Part shown: positions 13,766-27,662 of the stretch, piece by piece
Position numbering within the stretch: the stretch's first letter is position 1
Layout of the letters: each line of letters opens with the position of its first letter
NCBI RefSeq assembly: GCF_026210795.1
Contig: NC_089435.1
Span: forward strand, 5,022,001-5,086,000
From: Rhizophagus irregularis
Lineage: Eukaryota
Direction: 5' to 3'
DNA length: 64,000 bases
Position numbers and translations under genes: made by a program
Notes under the pieces: model-generated
The model's input: the letters and a program-made list of their open reading frames with translations, nothing else
The model's database searches: none
Told to the model about the DNA's origin: nothing

Positions 13766-14525
13766 TTATCTATTATAATTTTTACTACCACTATTATCAT
13801 CTTCATATTTTTCCAATGATGCCTCTACTTTTATTCTTATTTTTTCTTTTAATTCTTGCTTAACGTCTCGTAGAACATCTTTTTTCATTTCTTCAATAAT
13901 CTTTTCATCGATAATAAATGATAATTTTCCTTTTTTAATATTCTGAATAATTTCATTATCTGTTGAGTTATTTCCTAACTCACATGTTGTTCCTTGTTGA
14001 TTATTATAATTTGGTAAATTTGGTGTAAATTCTTGTTCTTGATTCGAAATTACTAAATCTATGGGAGTATTCCTATTTACATTATTATTTGGTTCAGGGA
14101 TTGCAATTGCTTCATTCTTTCTGCCGTACTTTCTCACTAAAAAGAAACATAAACAAGCTAAGGAGATTAAAATCAAGCCACTAACTATTCCTCCAACTAT
14201 CGCTCCAAGAATTAAATTAACTAGTGGTGTAGTAGTAGCAGTATCGCTTGAAGCACTTATTATTAATTGAGTTGATGGAATAGCCCCTACTGGTGTAGCA
14301 CTTCTCGATGGTAGATTAGCAAATCCAGTAATACTTGGAGTACCACCACTTGGAGTACCTCCCGCTGGAGTAGCCCCTCCCGCTGGTGGAATAGCATTTC
14401 CCGCTGGTGGAGTAGGACCCCCGCTGGTGGTCCTGATGGTCCTCCTGGTGGTGGTTGAGTATTTACTTCATGCACAATTTGAAGTAAAATTATAAAAATA
14501 ATAAAGTTAAAATAAATTTTTTCAT
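13766..14525 (-). CDS. Single-pass type I membrane protein with Pro/Gly/Thr-rich stalk (two 1-nt frameshifts; pseudogene or sequencing error)
   Basis: ATG at 14525. Restoring one base near the start and one G in the G-run at ~14420 gives a signal peptide ..ILLQIVHEVNTQ, repeats (TPPAGG), TM LILGAIVGGIVSGLILISLACLCFFLVRK and the cytoplasmic tail of ORF 13766-14176. Confidence 0.65.
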
Positions 14526-15251
14526 ATTGAGTGTAGTAAGTGATTTTAAAGATGTTACAAATAATAATATACTGTATAATATATAAACGAAAAAAAGAGA
14601 GTATGAAATATTTATAAATTTTATAAGTACTAGAAATATTAATATTATTACAAATTAACAAATTAACTGACCTTACTGAACAAATGTAAAATAGAAGATC
14701 GGCATGATCATTGGGATTACCCGATAATTTAATCCTGATTGACACTATAGTAATCACGCGCCTATTCATTCAGTATCATAAGGAAATTAATTTAAATGGC
14801 GCAGTAAAATATACTAAATTTACTATTGATACTATACTAAATCCACAGTGACGATAAGCTGCATTAATAGTGCCGATTCGTAAAATATTTGCTTACGCAG
14901 CGAAATTAATTTTTGTAAACTTACAAGATTCCTACAGCGTCTAAAGTTATAAACATTATACTTCATATGTATTCTATATACAATGTATTGTCCTAGCGTC
15001 TTAAAATTTTGTATAAATAACGTACCGTAATTATATTATTAATGTTATTCATTTCCTTTCTTTTCTCTTTCAAAAATTTATCAATGAAAAATTTCTTTAT
15101 TCGTCATTCATTCAGTATTATTATACTATGCCTTTTCATGGATAAAGTCATCGCATATACATTGCACAAAAATTGTATATAAATTTAAATAATCAAATAT
15201 CGAAATATAAAATTAAAAATAAGTCATTTTTTTACATAAATTCCTTTAATT

Positions 15252-15665
15252 ATGAATAAATTTTTTATTTTTATTTTTATTATTTTTACAATTTTATTTC
15301 AGTTTATACATGAAGTAAATACTCAAATAAGAAATGACCCAAGTATAGTAATTCCGGAAATTATACCACCAGCTCCAACTCCAACAATTCCAACTATAAC
15401 TCCAGCAATTCCAGCACCAGTAATTCCATCTCCAGTTCTACCAGGTGGATTTGATATATCAAGTTTTACAGTTCCAACAATAGGAATTGTTACAGTTACA
15501 GCTCGACCAAATCCAGATTCAAGTAATTCAAATAATCCAGATACAATATATTCAGCATATTCAACAAGATTTATAGTTTTATTAACTGTTTCAATTATGG
15601 GAGGGATATTGGTGGTAATTTTCTTAGTATGTTTATGTTACTATTTAGTGAAAAAGTTGAAATAA
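15252..15665 (+). CDS. Paralogous single-pass membrane protein with Pro/Thr/Ile-rich stalk; cytoplasmic tail out of frame
   Basis: Signal MNKFFIFIFIIFTILFQFIHEVNTQ and TM ..ILVVIFLVCLCYYLVKK. A different frame downstream (~15661-15855) encodes NLPNHNNQRGLTCDNSTNNE, homologous to NLPNYNNQQGTTCELGNNSTDNE of the minus-strand paralog. Confidence 0.7.
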   Translation: MNKFFIFIFIIFTILFQFIHEVNTQIRNDPSIVIPEIIPPAPTPTIPTITPAIPAPVIPSPVLPGGFDISSFTVPTIGIVTVTARPNPDSSNSNNPDTIYSAYSTRFIVLLTVSIMGGILVVIFLVCLCYYLVKKLK

Positions 15666-17016
15666 TAGACTAAATAATAACGATATTTCAAATTCTGGAG
15701 TAACGAATAATGAAATATATGAAGGTAAATTGTTACCTACTACTCCTACATACATAGTAATTTCGCAAGAATTTCCACAAAATTTACCAAATCATAATAA
15801 TCAACGGGGTTTAACATGTGATAACTCAACAAATAATGAAGTTATATACAAATGAATCAAGAGATCAAAAGTAATGACATTATTTGTTATAGAGAATAGA
15901 GATAAAGAAAGTAGTAGTAATATTAGTAGTAAAAATGATATTTTTGTTAACCGTTAGAATTATATTAATTTTTTATTTTTATAATATATATATATAATAT
16001 ATAATATTGTATCTTAAAGATGTATTAATTTAATCGTTAATCTAATTTCTTGAAAAACTTTCATTCTTATATTTATGATTCTGTATTTCCGAAGGAAATA
16101 CCCACCGGGTATTAATAGGATCAAATCAAGTGTGGTAGAAATCACGTGCCCGTGTCCGTCATTAGTATTGGAATGAATTTTATTTGAGTGGCGGAATGGT
16201 TATTGGAGATGTTCCTCTCTTAAAACATCCGCTACTTCAAATTTATTCTATTAGTTAGCTGGGACAAACTAAAATTTTATCTCGCTAATGAAATATTTAC
16301 ATACAATTTTTAATCGTTCTATCAAATTCTTGTTGAATCAATGTTATAATTACAGGTGTAACAACTAACAAGAATTACATAGTTCCAATAATATTAATTT
16401 AATATTTAATGGATATTATAATCATATATCCAAAATCAAGGAATGGATTATGGATTTTGAAAATCCTTGATTTTTAAAGTTATATGATACCATGTAAAAA
16501 CGCTTCTGAATTTATATTTTTTAAAATTTCTAAATAATATCAATTTGATATATTTAATACTTTAAAGACCAGGGTCTCATTCAAAATTATTCACCAAAGT
16601 ATGATACCCACGCCAACAATCCTAGTTAGAAATTTTAGTTGCAATTTTTCTTATCATGGTCGATATTTTGTTCGCTAAGGTTAATAAAGAAATTGATATC
16701 ACGAAGAATCTCTTTTACCTATATAACTAATGGATAGTGTCAAGAATAAGAATCGGTTATATACAGTAACTTTATTTATTATCTTTTTATTGATTTGTAA
16801 TCTTTTCATTCAAATTTTAAGATATGTAATATTTTTATCATACCTGATATAATAAATAAGCTAACTACTTCTATTATTGCATTTTCCATAATCGTAACAG
16901 ATCAGATGACAGATGACGGATCAGATTGGATAATTATTATTAGGGAATATCCCCCCTAAAAATGAGTTAAATTCCGTTTTCCCTAAAAAGTATTAGGTTT
17001 AATCTCTCTTTCAACA

Positions 17017-17610
17017 ATGTCTGCTACTCCTACTCTTCGTGATCTCAAGATTAAGACTGGAACCGTTAAACGGTATGTCTTAGATTCTTTAGATGTTTTT
17101 TTTTTTTAGAAAATTTACGATTTGTTTTACTTATTAACAAAAAAAACAAATTTTTATTTTTTATTGAATTTGAGAAAGTCTTTTTAAAGATGAAAACTCT
17201 TATCATAAAGAGAGTGAAAGTCAACAAAAACATATCGATAAACTAATATCAGAAGGTGCTGATGAACATGATATATCTAAACAGGTTCAAATATCATAAT
17301 TTTATTATGTATACTATTTGTTTTTATTATATAAATTAATTGTTTCATTTATTTTTGTAAATAGAAAGAAGTGTTGCAAGAATCGTTAAATATGATTCCA
17401 GATTGTCAGAATCGTCTTAAAGAAGCTCAGAAAGAATTGCAGAAATTACTTGTAAGGTTCTTCTTTATAAATTAATTTGATTCTAAATACTAAATTTCAT
17501 TTTTTTTTTTCCTGTTATAGGAAAATAAGGATGCATCTTGGGAGGGAACAGAAGAATTAAAACAAGCGGAAGATATCCTTGAACAAATTAACAAAGGAAA
17601 TACAAATTGA
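17017..17610 (+). CDS. TBCA: Tubulin-specific chaperone A (cofactor A), 4 exons
   Basis: Exons 17017-17072, 17179-17284, 17365-17451, 17521-17610 give MSATPTLRDLKIKTGTVKRLFKDENSYHKE...GADEHDISKQKEVLQESLNMIPDCQNRLKEA..., matching the TBCA/Rbl2 signature. Missed by the ORF track. Confidence 0.95.
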
Positions 17611-17738
17611 TTTGCTTCGTTATTTAAGTAAAATATTATGTATATTATAATGTTTTAAATTTGATAAAATAAAAGTTTGCCGAAAACGTTTTGTGCAAAT
17701 GTATTACAAAAACGTTATCTAAATAGAATGTTAATGGT

Positions 17739-18697
17739 CTAAGTTGCGGAATATTCTAAAATCTGTAAAAATTAAATGAGAAAAAAATTAATCTTTCAAA
17801 ATTTTAGGGATTTTTATATCATTATTATTCCTTTGGGCTCTACCTGCTTTTGTTCCATAAAAGCTAACCAATCAGATGTTGCGGTAGGTAAAAGTCCCAT
17901 GGAAGAACATTTATATAATCCTAAAGCCATCGTAAGAAGCTGTAGGATCACATAAACAAGTTTTGGCCAAATTAATTGTGATTTAGTCTTTGATGATTCA
18001 TATCGTTCAAACACTGTTAAATAGAAATGTTACGTTTAGAAATAATAAAAGAAAGTGAACCCATTAATTTAAACATTTACCACTATCAATTCCCATTAAT
18101 GCTTTAATCGGTTGGAAGAATAACATTCCTGTAATCATAACACTAAATATTTGTACTCCATTTCCACTCATCCATAACATAAAAGCGTTCATAGGTATAT
18201 TTTTTCCCGGAGATAAAGCTGCATCCCACGCTTTCTTAAAAAAAAAAAAGAACGAATTAAATAAACTAATTTAATCTATAATAAATTGATAAATATAAAT
18301 AATTACCTTGATTTTTAGTGTTTCCTGATCTTTTTCAGTTGAAACTTGTTGAGCATCTTTTCTGTTTTTCTTAAAAAAAATAATATCAATTAATATAAAG
18401 TAATTAATATAAAGATTAAATATTTCAAAGAAATCAAATATGATTTACCAAGTTGCCCTTAGAACTTGATGTGATAGCCGGAACGGACGCACCAAACCCC
18501 GGTGGAGGCGGTGCATCTACAACGTAAGTTTGCCCTCGAATTTCGTATCTTCTACAATAATTAAAATAATTCCAAAACTATTTAAGTTATAAAAATGAAA
18601 ACATAAAGAAGTAAATTATTTGTCAACAAGTGTACAACCTTGCTTGATCTGAAAGATTTGTGAAATCAATTCTCCATTTGTTTGATTTGTTTGACAT
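17739..18697 (-). CDS. EMC4: ER membrane protein complex subunit 4, 6 exons
   Basis: Exons 18697-18639, 18551-18449, 18369-18307, 18234-18081, 18013-17844, 17762-17739. Motifs [32 protein letters not shown] and [21 protein letters not shown]. Confidence 0.95.
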
Positions 18698-19131
18698 TTT
18701 TCAACTATTTAAATTGAAAAATAAAAAAAAACTCATATCATATGAAAGTCGCAGTAAAATATAAACAGGTTGGGCACGTGCGATTTTTATATTTTTATCA
18801 ATGAAAATGAGAATCCTATTTAAAGGAATTATAAAAAGATAACCCATGATACTCACCCCATGTGGGGGATATGTAAATGAATATAATGATATCACTCCGA
18901 AAATTCTTCTCGGCTGAAATTGCCATATTTGTTAATTTGCAACTTTAATGTATTCATTTTGGAACATTCGGAACATTTGGAATATTCTCGAAACTTGATT
19001 GATTTCGTCATATCCGGATTTGTTGAATGAGCTATTTCTTGTTTCAAAGAAGTGAGAAAACAAATAACATTATTACTTCAATTAACTTAATTCTGGTTCC
19101 GACTTTCTGATAACCCGTAATCCTGAACAAA

Positions 19132-22100
19132 ATGAACCATACTAATAATCAAAATCAAAGTCATCAAAATAATACTATACCTTTGACTGTGATAGATTTA
19201 ACAAAGGAAAATGCCTCCAAAGCCACTAATGCTTGTTATTCAATATCACCTTCAAAAAAGCAACGACGTCCTGAAATCATAAATGAGTCTACTGATATTA
19301 GACCGCAAAAACGTAGCAGAATAGAACAAGTTCAAGAGCATAAAACATTTTTTCAAGGTGTAATGCATCTGTCTAATAATCGAGAAATTTTACCTACACC
19401 ACGTACCCCTACGCAAACTTCGATTGAAACGCAATCTTCTTGTATATTACAAAATAACCCAATATTACCTCCTCCCTTAAATTATTCACAATATGTACCA
19501 CATTCACAAAATTTTAATATGACAAGTCCTTTAAACGGGTTAAACGGCTTGGACCAACCTTATAATATAGGCATGATAAATCCTACCGTGATTCAAATAC
19601 CCCCTGTTGCCTCTAAACCTTCTCCTAGTAGTTTTAGTAGTACTAGTTCTAGATCTCCTAATCAAAATTCGCAAGAAGTTATTGATCTGACGAATGATAG
19701 TAGTGATGATAATGATTGTGTTATCGACGAGAAAGAAACGAATAGAGATGTATGCTGGGGTATGATTGATACGGAGGTTATAATTTTGTATCCAAGACCT
19801 TGTTCAAATGGAAAAGGTGAAGAAGAAGTACAATTAAGGAGAGAGTCGGGAAAAAATGAAGGTAAGATCTTATTAAATCACTAAATGGTCGTGATTGAAT
19901 ATTAAAATTATTATATTCTTATTATTATTAGAAATTCGTGTTATCAAAGACTATGATTATGTAGTAAGTATTCTTTATCGATTGATTTGTTTAATAATTC
20001 AATCTAACTATATTTGGATTTCTCCAAGTTCGGAGTGGTCGAAGTAAATATAGCTAGAATATTGATTCCATTAATGGATAATAACCTTGTCTGGACGGAA
20101 GCGACAATCCCAAAAAATTGGGCTTCTACGGTATATTTAACTTCAAATATTCATTTTTATTTATTTATTGTAAAATATTTACATTATAATATTCAAATAT
20201 TCATGTAGGCGATAAGCATTCCTCTTCATATTATGTTATATGGGCGTCCTAGCAATACTAAAGCCGTAAGCACGCATCTTTATGAAAGAAGGCTGTTCTT
20301 GAAAGATCCGATAGTTTATAATGTGGAGACCCGTTATTCAAATCCACATACTATGTCTGGTAATGTTTATTCAAATAAAATTAATCAGATAGTATACAAA
20401 GGATACTCAGGCGGCAGTTTTGGAACAACAAAGTCTTCGGAAGATATTAAGAACAAAATGAATAAGGTTTTTAATTCTTTGATGACTGCTGATAATATGC
20501 CCGAGTTAGACCCAGGTAAGATAATAACTATTTATATTAAGGTCATTTTATTCCACATTATTTGAATGCAATTTAAATTATACGTGTAGATCAAAGATTG
20601 ATTACGACGTTATACAAACATCAAAAGCAAGCATTGTATTTTTTGGTGAAAAGAGAACAATACAATGATTTCACAAATGATCAGACTAACGAATTGATGT
20701 CATTATGGAGAACTCGAATTAGCGCAGGACGTCATTTAGTTTATTATAATATCGTAACTAATTTGGAGGTCCATGAAAAACCGGTTCAGATGAGAGGAGG
20801 AATAATAGCTGATGATGTAATTTGTTGGACCTTTTTTTTTAAAAAAAAAAAAATTTTATTTTATTTTTCTACATACTAACATGTTATCTTTTTTACTATA
20901 GATGGGGCTTGGTAAAACTATACAAATGATAGCGCTGATACTTGGTACGCAGAAAGAAGCTGTAGACTTCGCAAAAAAGCCTTCAGCAGTATCAAATAGT
21001 GGCGAGTCATCTTTTTCATCATCTATTCAATCAGGAGACGAAAATTCGATCGGGAATTTTAAATCTAAGGGAACTCTTATTATATGCCCCTTGTCCACCG
21101 TCGCGAATTGGGAAGAACAACTTGTTAATCATGTTCAGGAAGGAGCTCTTAACGTATATGTATATCATGGAGGTTCTCGTACTTCAGATCCTTCCCATTT
21201 GATAAATTATGATATTGTTATCACAACTTATAACGTAACGGGTACCGAATTTAGCAAGCAATCAAAAGGCCAAAAAAACCAGCAGTCAAAAATCATTGCG
21301 AATGATAGTGAGCCGACCAATTCTCCAACACCTTCAGCTTTGCAGCAGATCCATTGGTTCCGCATCATTTTAGATGAGGCCCATATAATTAAAGACGTTA
21401 CCACAGTACAGAGTCAAGCAGCATGTTCTCTTAAAGCGGAAAGACGTTGGTGTTTAACTGGAACACCAATTCAAAATAAGTGAGTGAACCTTTTTCTTTT
21501 ATTCATGGTTTCTTATTTAAAAAACTGTATATTTATATATACATATTTGTTATATTTTTATAGGGTAGAAGATTTATTTGCTCTTATTAAATTTCTTCAC
21601 ATGGATCCTTTTAGTGATAAGGAAAAATGGAAACAATACATTTTACGTCCAATAAAATCGATCGATCCTGATGGTATTAATAGATTACAAACTTTGATGA
21701 AATGCATAACTCTTCGTAGAACAAAAACACTTAACGGGAAGTCACTATTAGCTTTACCACCACGTAACGATCATATTCGCTACCTTGAACTTAGTGATCA
21801 CGAGCGTAGATTGTATGAAAAGATGTATAATTATCAATCTGAACGGGTTAGAAAGTACACTGAAGAAAACAACATAATGCGACATTATGTTAACATTCTA
21901 CAGGCCTTATTACGATTGCGTCAGATTTGTGCTCATTATTCATTAGTCAAGGAGTCGGAAATTACTGAAGATTTAGATGAAGAAATCGTAAATGAAGGAT
22001 TGACCTCGGCTAGAGCGATGATGTTACTTAGCATAGTTAGAGATAGCGGAATGGATCAATGCGGTTCTTGTTTGCAGGAATTAGTTCAAACTGTTGTGGT

Positions 22101-23159
22101 TACTCGATGTGAACATTTGTTTTGTATAGAATGTGCTAATAAGAATATGAACAATTTGCCAAGTTTAATTAGTGTTGCTATGTCATCTGAGAATCAAGAG
22201 GTTTCAACAGACTGCCCAATATGTGTGCGAAAATTATTTTCTGGTGACGTTTGTGAAATTAATGACTCTAAAGTTCTTGAGAATGACCATATTAAGAGAT
22301 CTGAAAGAGAGAAGACTGCTCATAGCACCAAAGTCAAGGCACTAATTGAAGATTTGGTTCAAGCAAAGGAAGAAGGCGTGAAGAGCGTAGTGTTCTCACA
22401 ATGGACCAAGATGTTGGACTTGATCGAGGTAATGTTATCGTTTTCAAAGTTTTTTTTATTAAGAAAATTAATCAAATTTTTATCATATTTAGGACGCTTT
22501 AAAAGAAAATGATATTATTTTTACTCGATTGGATGGCACGATGTCTCGTGCAGAACGAACACAAAATATGGATACTTTTAAACAAAAGGATAAAGTGAGC
22601 GTTATACTTGTTTCTTTAAAAGCTGGTGGTGTTGGGTAAGTTATGATATAAATTATGTGTATTCTTTATGATCAAGTTCTCTTTGACTTTCTTATGTGAG
22701 AAAGTGATTAATTCAATAATTTCTAAATCCATAGGTTGAACCTAACAGCTGCTCAACGAGCATATCTTATGGATCCATTCTGGTAAGTATTATTACGAAA
22801 GATATAGAATATAAATATAATTTTATTTTATAAATTGACCAACTCTTTCTTTCTTTTATAAAAGGAATCCGTCAGTTGAAAACCAAGCCATTGATAGAAT
22901 TCATCGTCTTGGTCAAACTTGTGCTGTGGATACTGTCAGATTTATTATCAAAGTAAGTCGAGAAATCTTTAATTATATAAATCATATAGAATAAGTTAAT
23001 TAATTTCATTATGTTTATTTATAGGATTCAATTGAAGAAGGTATCCTCCAATTACAGGAGCGCAAGTTACGACTTGCCGAATTAACCCTCTCTGAAAAGC
23101 TAAGTAAACAAGACATTACCCGACATAGATTAGAAGATCTTAAAGTTCTTTTTAAATAA
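19132..23159 (+). CDS. RAD5/HLTF-like SNF2 helicase with HIRAN-like region and inserted C3HC4 RING, multi-exon
   Basis: LYKHQKQAL, GGIIADD|MGLGKT (Walker A), TLIICPLSTVANW, RIILDEAH, RWCLTGTPIQN, RING CGSC...CEHLFCIEC...CPIC, KSVVFSQWTKMLDLIE, SLKAGGVG|LNLT, QAIDRIHRLGQ. Stop TAA at 23157-23159. Confidence 0.92.
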
Positions 23160-23899
23160 TTTTTAAATTTAAATTATTGATAATTTAGTCCTAATAATTA
23201 ATTAATTAATAATAAATAATCTTTGAAACATTGATTACTTATTACTTTTTTTTCCCACAACTCTTAACTTTATTATGTCTGGTTACAATAAATTTTAAGA
23301 GTTGCATGATAGACACACGTTTTAATATCTTTTATACCTTTTTAATGGATTTGAACCACTTATTTATTAATTTCTCGTTTAATTTGTTAAATTTATTATT
23401 TAAACAACTTTTATATTAAACACTGAAATTACTTTTAGAATTCTTTGAAATCATAGATTATAATACTGTATGTTCTATTGATTAATTATTTTGCTTCAAA
23501 TATAAAGGTTGAAAGCAAATTAATTTGATCGAAAGTATAAATATTAAATAGCTTGGTTGGCCTCAAATTTTATTAAGTTTATTTTATTGCATCTTCATAT
23601 TATTATACGCGTAAACGCTAAACCTGAATTAAAAGAATAAAAAATATAAAGAATTATAAGAAAAAAAGAAAAAATAATGAAATAAAATAAAAAAAAATAA
23701 TAAATTTTTAAAAAGAAATAAAAAATAAAAGAAAAAAAAATAATAATAATAAAAGAATAAAAAACCGACTATAATATACGTATGAAAGCGGTAATACGAT
23801 AATGAGGAAAGTGTAGTTTAATTAATCTATTACAACGTTCTCATACTTTTGTACCATATAATAACTTCAGAATTCATACTATAATTTATTATAAGTTAA

Positions 23900-26800
23900 T
23901 TATAAATTACTTATCCTCGTAAAAATACAATTGATGTCACTAAATACATTTAGATGTCAAGAAAGATGTCAACTGCTTTAGCCTTACTTGACCAAAACCT
24001 CCCCATAAAGAATTAAAACTAAATTGTTAATTACCCTTCGTAATTCCTATAACCATACAATCCATTCGCCTTAAGAAAAATCTTCAAACAGTTGATGTTT
24101 TTTTTTTCTTCGTTTTAGACAGATTTTGGTAATAAATCGAACAAATAATTCTTGATTATATACATTATTACATATCGTGGCATTTCAGTCTATTTCTTAA
24201 AGATAAAAAGTTAATTAGAATTGATTTAATGACATAAAGAAAAGCTTTCAATAAAATTACTAAGTTTGATACTTACAATTTTCTAATGCTTAAGGAAAAT
24301 ATTCTAGATTTTTTTTTTTTAATTTGCTATTTTATCAGTTCCATATTCCAAAGTATAAATCCTTAATATTATGCATCCCTGTGATCAACAAGGCAGATGC
24401 GGGTGATGGTTGCTGACATTGCACAGCACTCCTATTTTTATCTATTTTAGCGGGTTTGGGAGTGTGTAAAATTATAATCTATATTTTAATTGAAAGTTTG
24501 GTACCTCCTTTTTTAAATTCCTTAATAATATCAAATAATAAAAGAATGAAACCAAACCTCATTTGACCTCCACGAATAATTCATACATTAATTATCCGTT
24601 TTCCTTCGTCATCTGTTTCACTTAATTCGGGGAATGATATGGCAATAGCACCCAAAGGAAGTCGTAGTCCACCATCACTGGCCAAGGCATAGTCAGGCAG
24701 GGTTGTCAATACGACACGTTATTGTCATGGCCATTGTGTTCTGCTTTTTGGTTATACAGCATCTGTTGAACGATTATTTTGAAATAGCTGTAAAATGTGT
24801 GATAGCTTCCAGACTTTTTAAGATTTCTTTCGTATAATGATTTCATCATATAACTCCTCACACTTTTGTCGTACTTCGGAACCTTCTATGGTGTCCCAAA
24901 CTTTTGACATTTAGATATTCAATTCATTCTGTAGATCATAATTGGTTAGCTTGTATGGCATAAATTCGATAAACGTAATTTTAAGATTGCATCTTAATAA
25001 AGGGCACGCCAAGAAATATAATATAAAATATATCTGATATGTGTATAATAATAAACAATTAATAAGGCTAGCTGCCGCTTGATTCTTTTTCATCCTGACG
25101 AGAGTAGTACGGGTAATTTGAACTTCCAAACTCAAGCTATCACAATCGTCTTCGACCCATTTTTTTGGTATCCATTGTATCCAGCAAGAGTCCACGGGGA
25201 GCCATAAGTGGAGCATTAACGGTCAATAGGTGTCCAACATCCGAAGCATATTCTAGTTCTTCATTTACATAATCCTCATGATCTTTGTAGTAAAAAAATT
25301 TTGCATCAAATTATATATATATTAACATTATATTTTCCTTAATTTCGGTTTTAGATTGTGGGATAATCCAGTATCATTTTTCATCAGTTGGTCTATAATG
25401 ACAAATAACGGGCTATTTACCCAAAGTCAATGAGAATGATTCCTTAATCAGCCAATTTATGGCAATAAAATCACGGACATCCCTTATAGCATAGCAACAC
25501 ACCTGGACATCAACTCTATGCTTATCAGGTTGTTTCTTGATAAATCAAAACTCTTGATATTTAAATGAAGGTTAAATTTATTATTTCCGGCGAGATCAGT
25601 TGTTTCAAGCACTACATTAGGAAGCATCTTCAAATTGTGCACCGTCCATATTATGAGCATTGAGATAAGCTTGAGGTGATGGTCAAAATTTGTACAAGTC
25701 TATTAGCGTCTCCTTGTCAGCTAGACAAATTAGATTGTACTGCTCTAAATATCCATCAATTCGATACACAATTCCAAAATCCAAAAACTGCCACTCAAAT
25801 CATGCTGGATAGATGCTTGTAATCTTGCATACATTCAATTTTGCCATTTATGCCATTTATATTATTTATACTTTAAATTTGAATTTTAACATTTTGAATA
25901 TAATTTTTTAAAATGGATTATATTAATCAAATGAAAGTGGTTTGTGAAAAAATTGGTAAAAAGATTTCCATGGTTCCATAAATAAATAGCATAAATGATG
26001 CGTTGGATTGGAAGGAAAGTAAGCATCATCTAACGATGCTCCCTGAAGATCATCAGGATCAATAACAGTATGCTGGTATTTGTGATTCTAATTCTGATTC
26101 ATGATCTGATCTTGACTATTTTCCAGTTTTACTTTCATTTCTCCAATAAAATTTACGTGATAAACTCGGAAAGCCCGCTATTCGCAGAAACTCTAAAAAT
26201 AATTTTAAAATATTCTTTTGATATTCTGATTTTTTTACTTTACTAACATTGAAATCTCGAACAAGATTTCTCCATCACACTGCCGAGTGGTGTATCTTAA
26301 ACGTAATCTCTTCTAATTTGTCATGAAACACTTTCCCAGAACTCCGCCTCTTCAAAATTTGCTTCTGATTCTTCGAAGCCAACTTATGGTAAAGCATATT
26401 GTCCGTGGAGCAATTGCAATTATCTGATGCAATATGTGTCTTAGTTTAATCTTGATAAGTTTAATTCTTTAAACTATCCTTGTTTCTCAACTCCATGATC
26501 TACCAATTCACTTTTTGCTAATTCAAAATTATTGGTGTCAGCCTTTTCTGGTAAGAGGTTCTGTTTAAAGACTGTCCTGTGTTTGCCTGGGGATTTTTAT
26601 AGGAGATGTGCCTACTCATCATGGTCAAACTTTGAATGATCCACAAATACGACCAATGAATCATAATTTATCCAATAAAAATAATTCAACAATTGCTTGT
26701 CCTTGTTTAAAATACTTTCGGTCCTTCTTAGTCCATGTCTTTATTGTGTTTTCTGACGCGTTTTCGATTTCTGAACAATCGCGAGGGAAATCTTTCGGAA

Positions 26801-27050
26801 TAGACCGTCATTCGTTAAAAGGTTCGAATGTAGTTCTAAACATAGAATTTACGACTCAAACCATTGTTCTTTGTTCGTCTAAAAATAAAAGCAACGCAAA
26901 AAATACTAACCTTTAATTCACTTTTCATCGAAAGTACCTTTTGCGCCGTCTGACGAGACAAATTTGACAAATTTGATTTACTCTTGAAGAACTAACTTCC
27001 TGCAATTGAGGAGGTATTTGTGACGTTTTGGTAAAGGTATGTTCAAATAA
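23900..27050 (-). pseudogene. Heavily degraded multi-exon coding relic of unrecognised family (gene or TE)
   Basis: Higher GC than the flanks. Minus-strand protein-like fragments (e.g. TTLPDYALASDGGLRLPLGAIAISFPEL; PKDFPRDCSEIENASENTIKTWTKKDRKYF) are broken by many stops and frameshifts, with intron-like AT tracts. Boundaries approximate. Confidence 0.4.
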
Positions 27051-27598
27051 TTATTAGGTTTGTTGCACAAGAATGAGAATCAATAGATGTGATTTTTTCT
27101 CAGTCTAAGCCACACGAATAAGTAATTTACGAACACGTGAAACTTTGGTTGATTCCGGTGATTGATCTACAGTACACGTCCTACGTCTACTACGTCTACG
27201 CATGTTAATAAGTTTGGTTTATCTCGACGATGTTATAATAATTATTACTGTAGCGCGATTAAATGTTAATTCCCGTTAGGATTGCGTGTTACAGGGATAT
27301 TAAGGATATTTTCAAAATTTCTTATATTGTATATATTGTATACCCCTGATATCTTGATAACCAATTTAACGACAAAAATCCAATAACAATGGTAATAAAA
27401 ATCGCGCATCTATAAATCCGAAAAAAAATGTATTTTATTAATACCCACGTAGTACGTAGTAATTATAAATTATGTAAATTAAAAAAAAAAAGTTATTTAT
27501 TATTTAAAATCAAATAATCAAATAACAATAAGTAAAGAAATTCACAATTAAAAAAACCTTCAACAAAGTATTGAAATTTACGTTAAAACAACCTTGAA

Positions 27599-27637
27599 TT
27601 ACCCTAATTACCCTAATTACCCTAATTACCTAACCCT
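27599..27637 (+). repeat. Telomere-like tandem repeat (TTACCCTAA)x3 plus CCTAACCCT
   Basis: Directly visible; contains CCCTAA units. Confidence 0.7.
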
Positions 27638-27662
27638 TCACATATATATAAATATTAAACTC

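Noticed and set aside
14287..14769. 160-aa ORF with LHQRE repeats
   Set aside because: Chimeric reading; the repeats are the shifted frame of the TPPAGG stalk of the 14525 gene.
27599..27637. True telomere
   Set aside because: Only a few units, internal, with genes on both sides.
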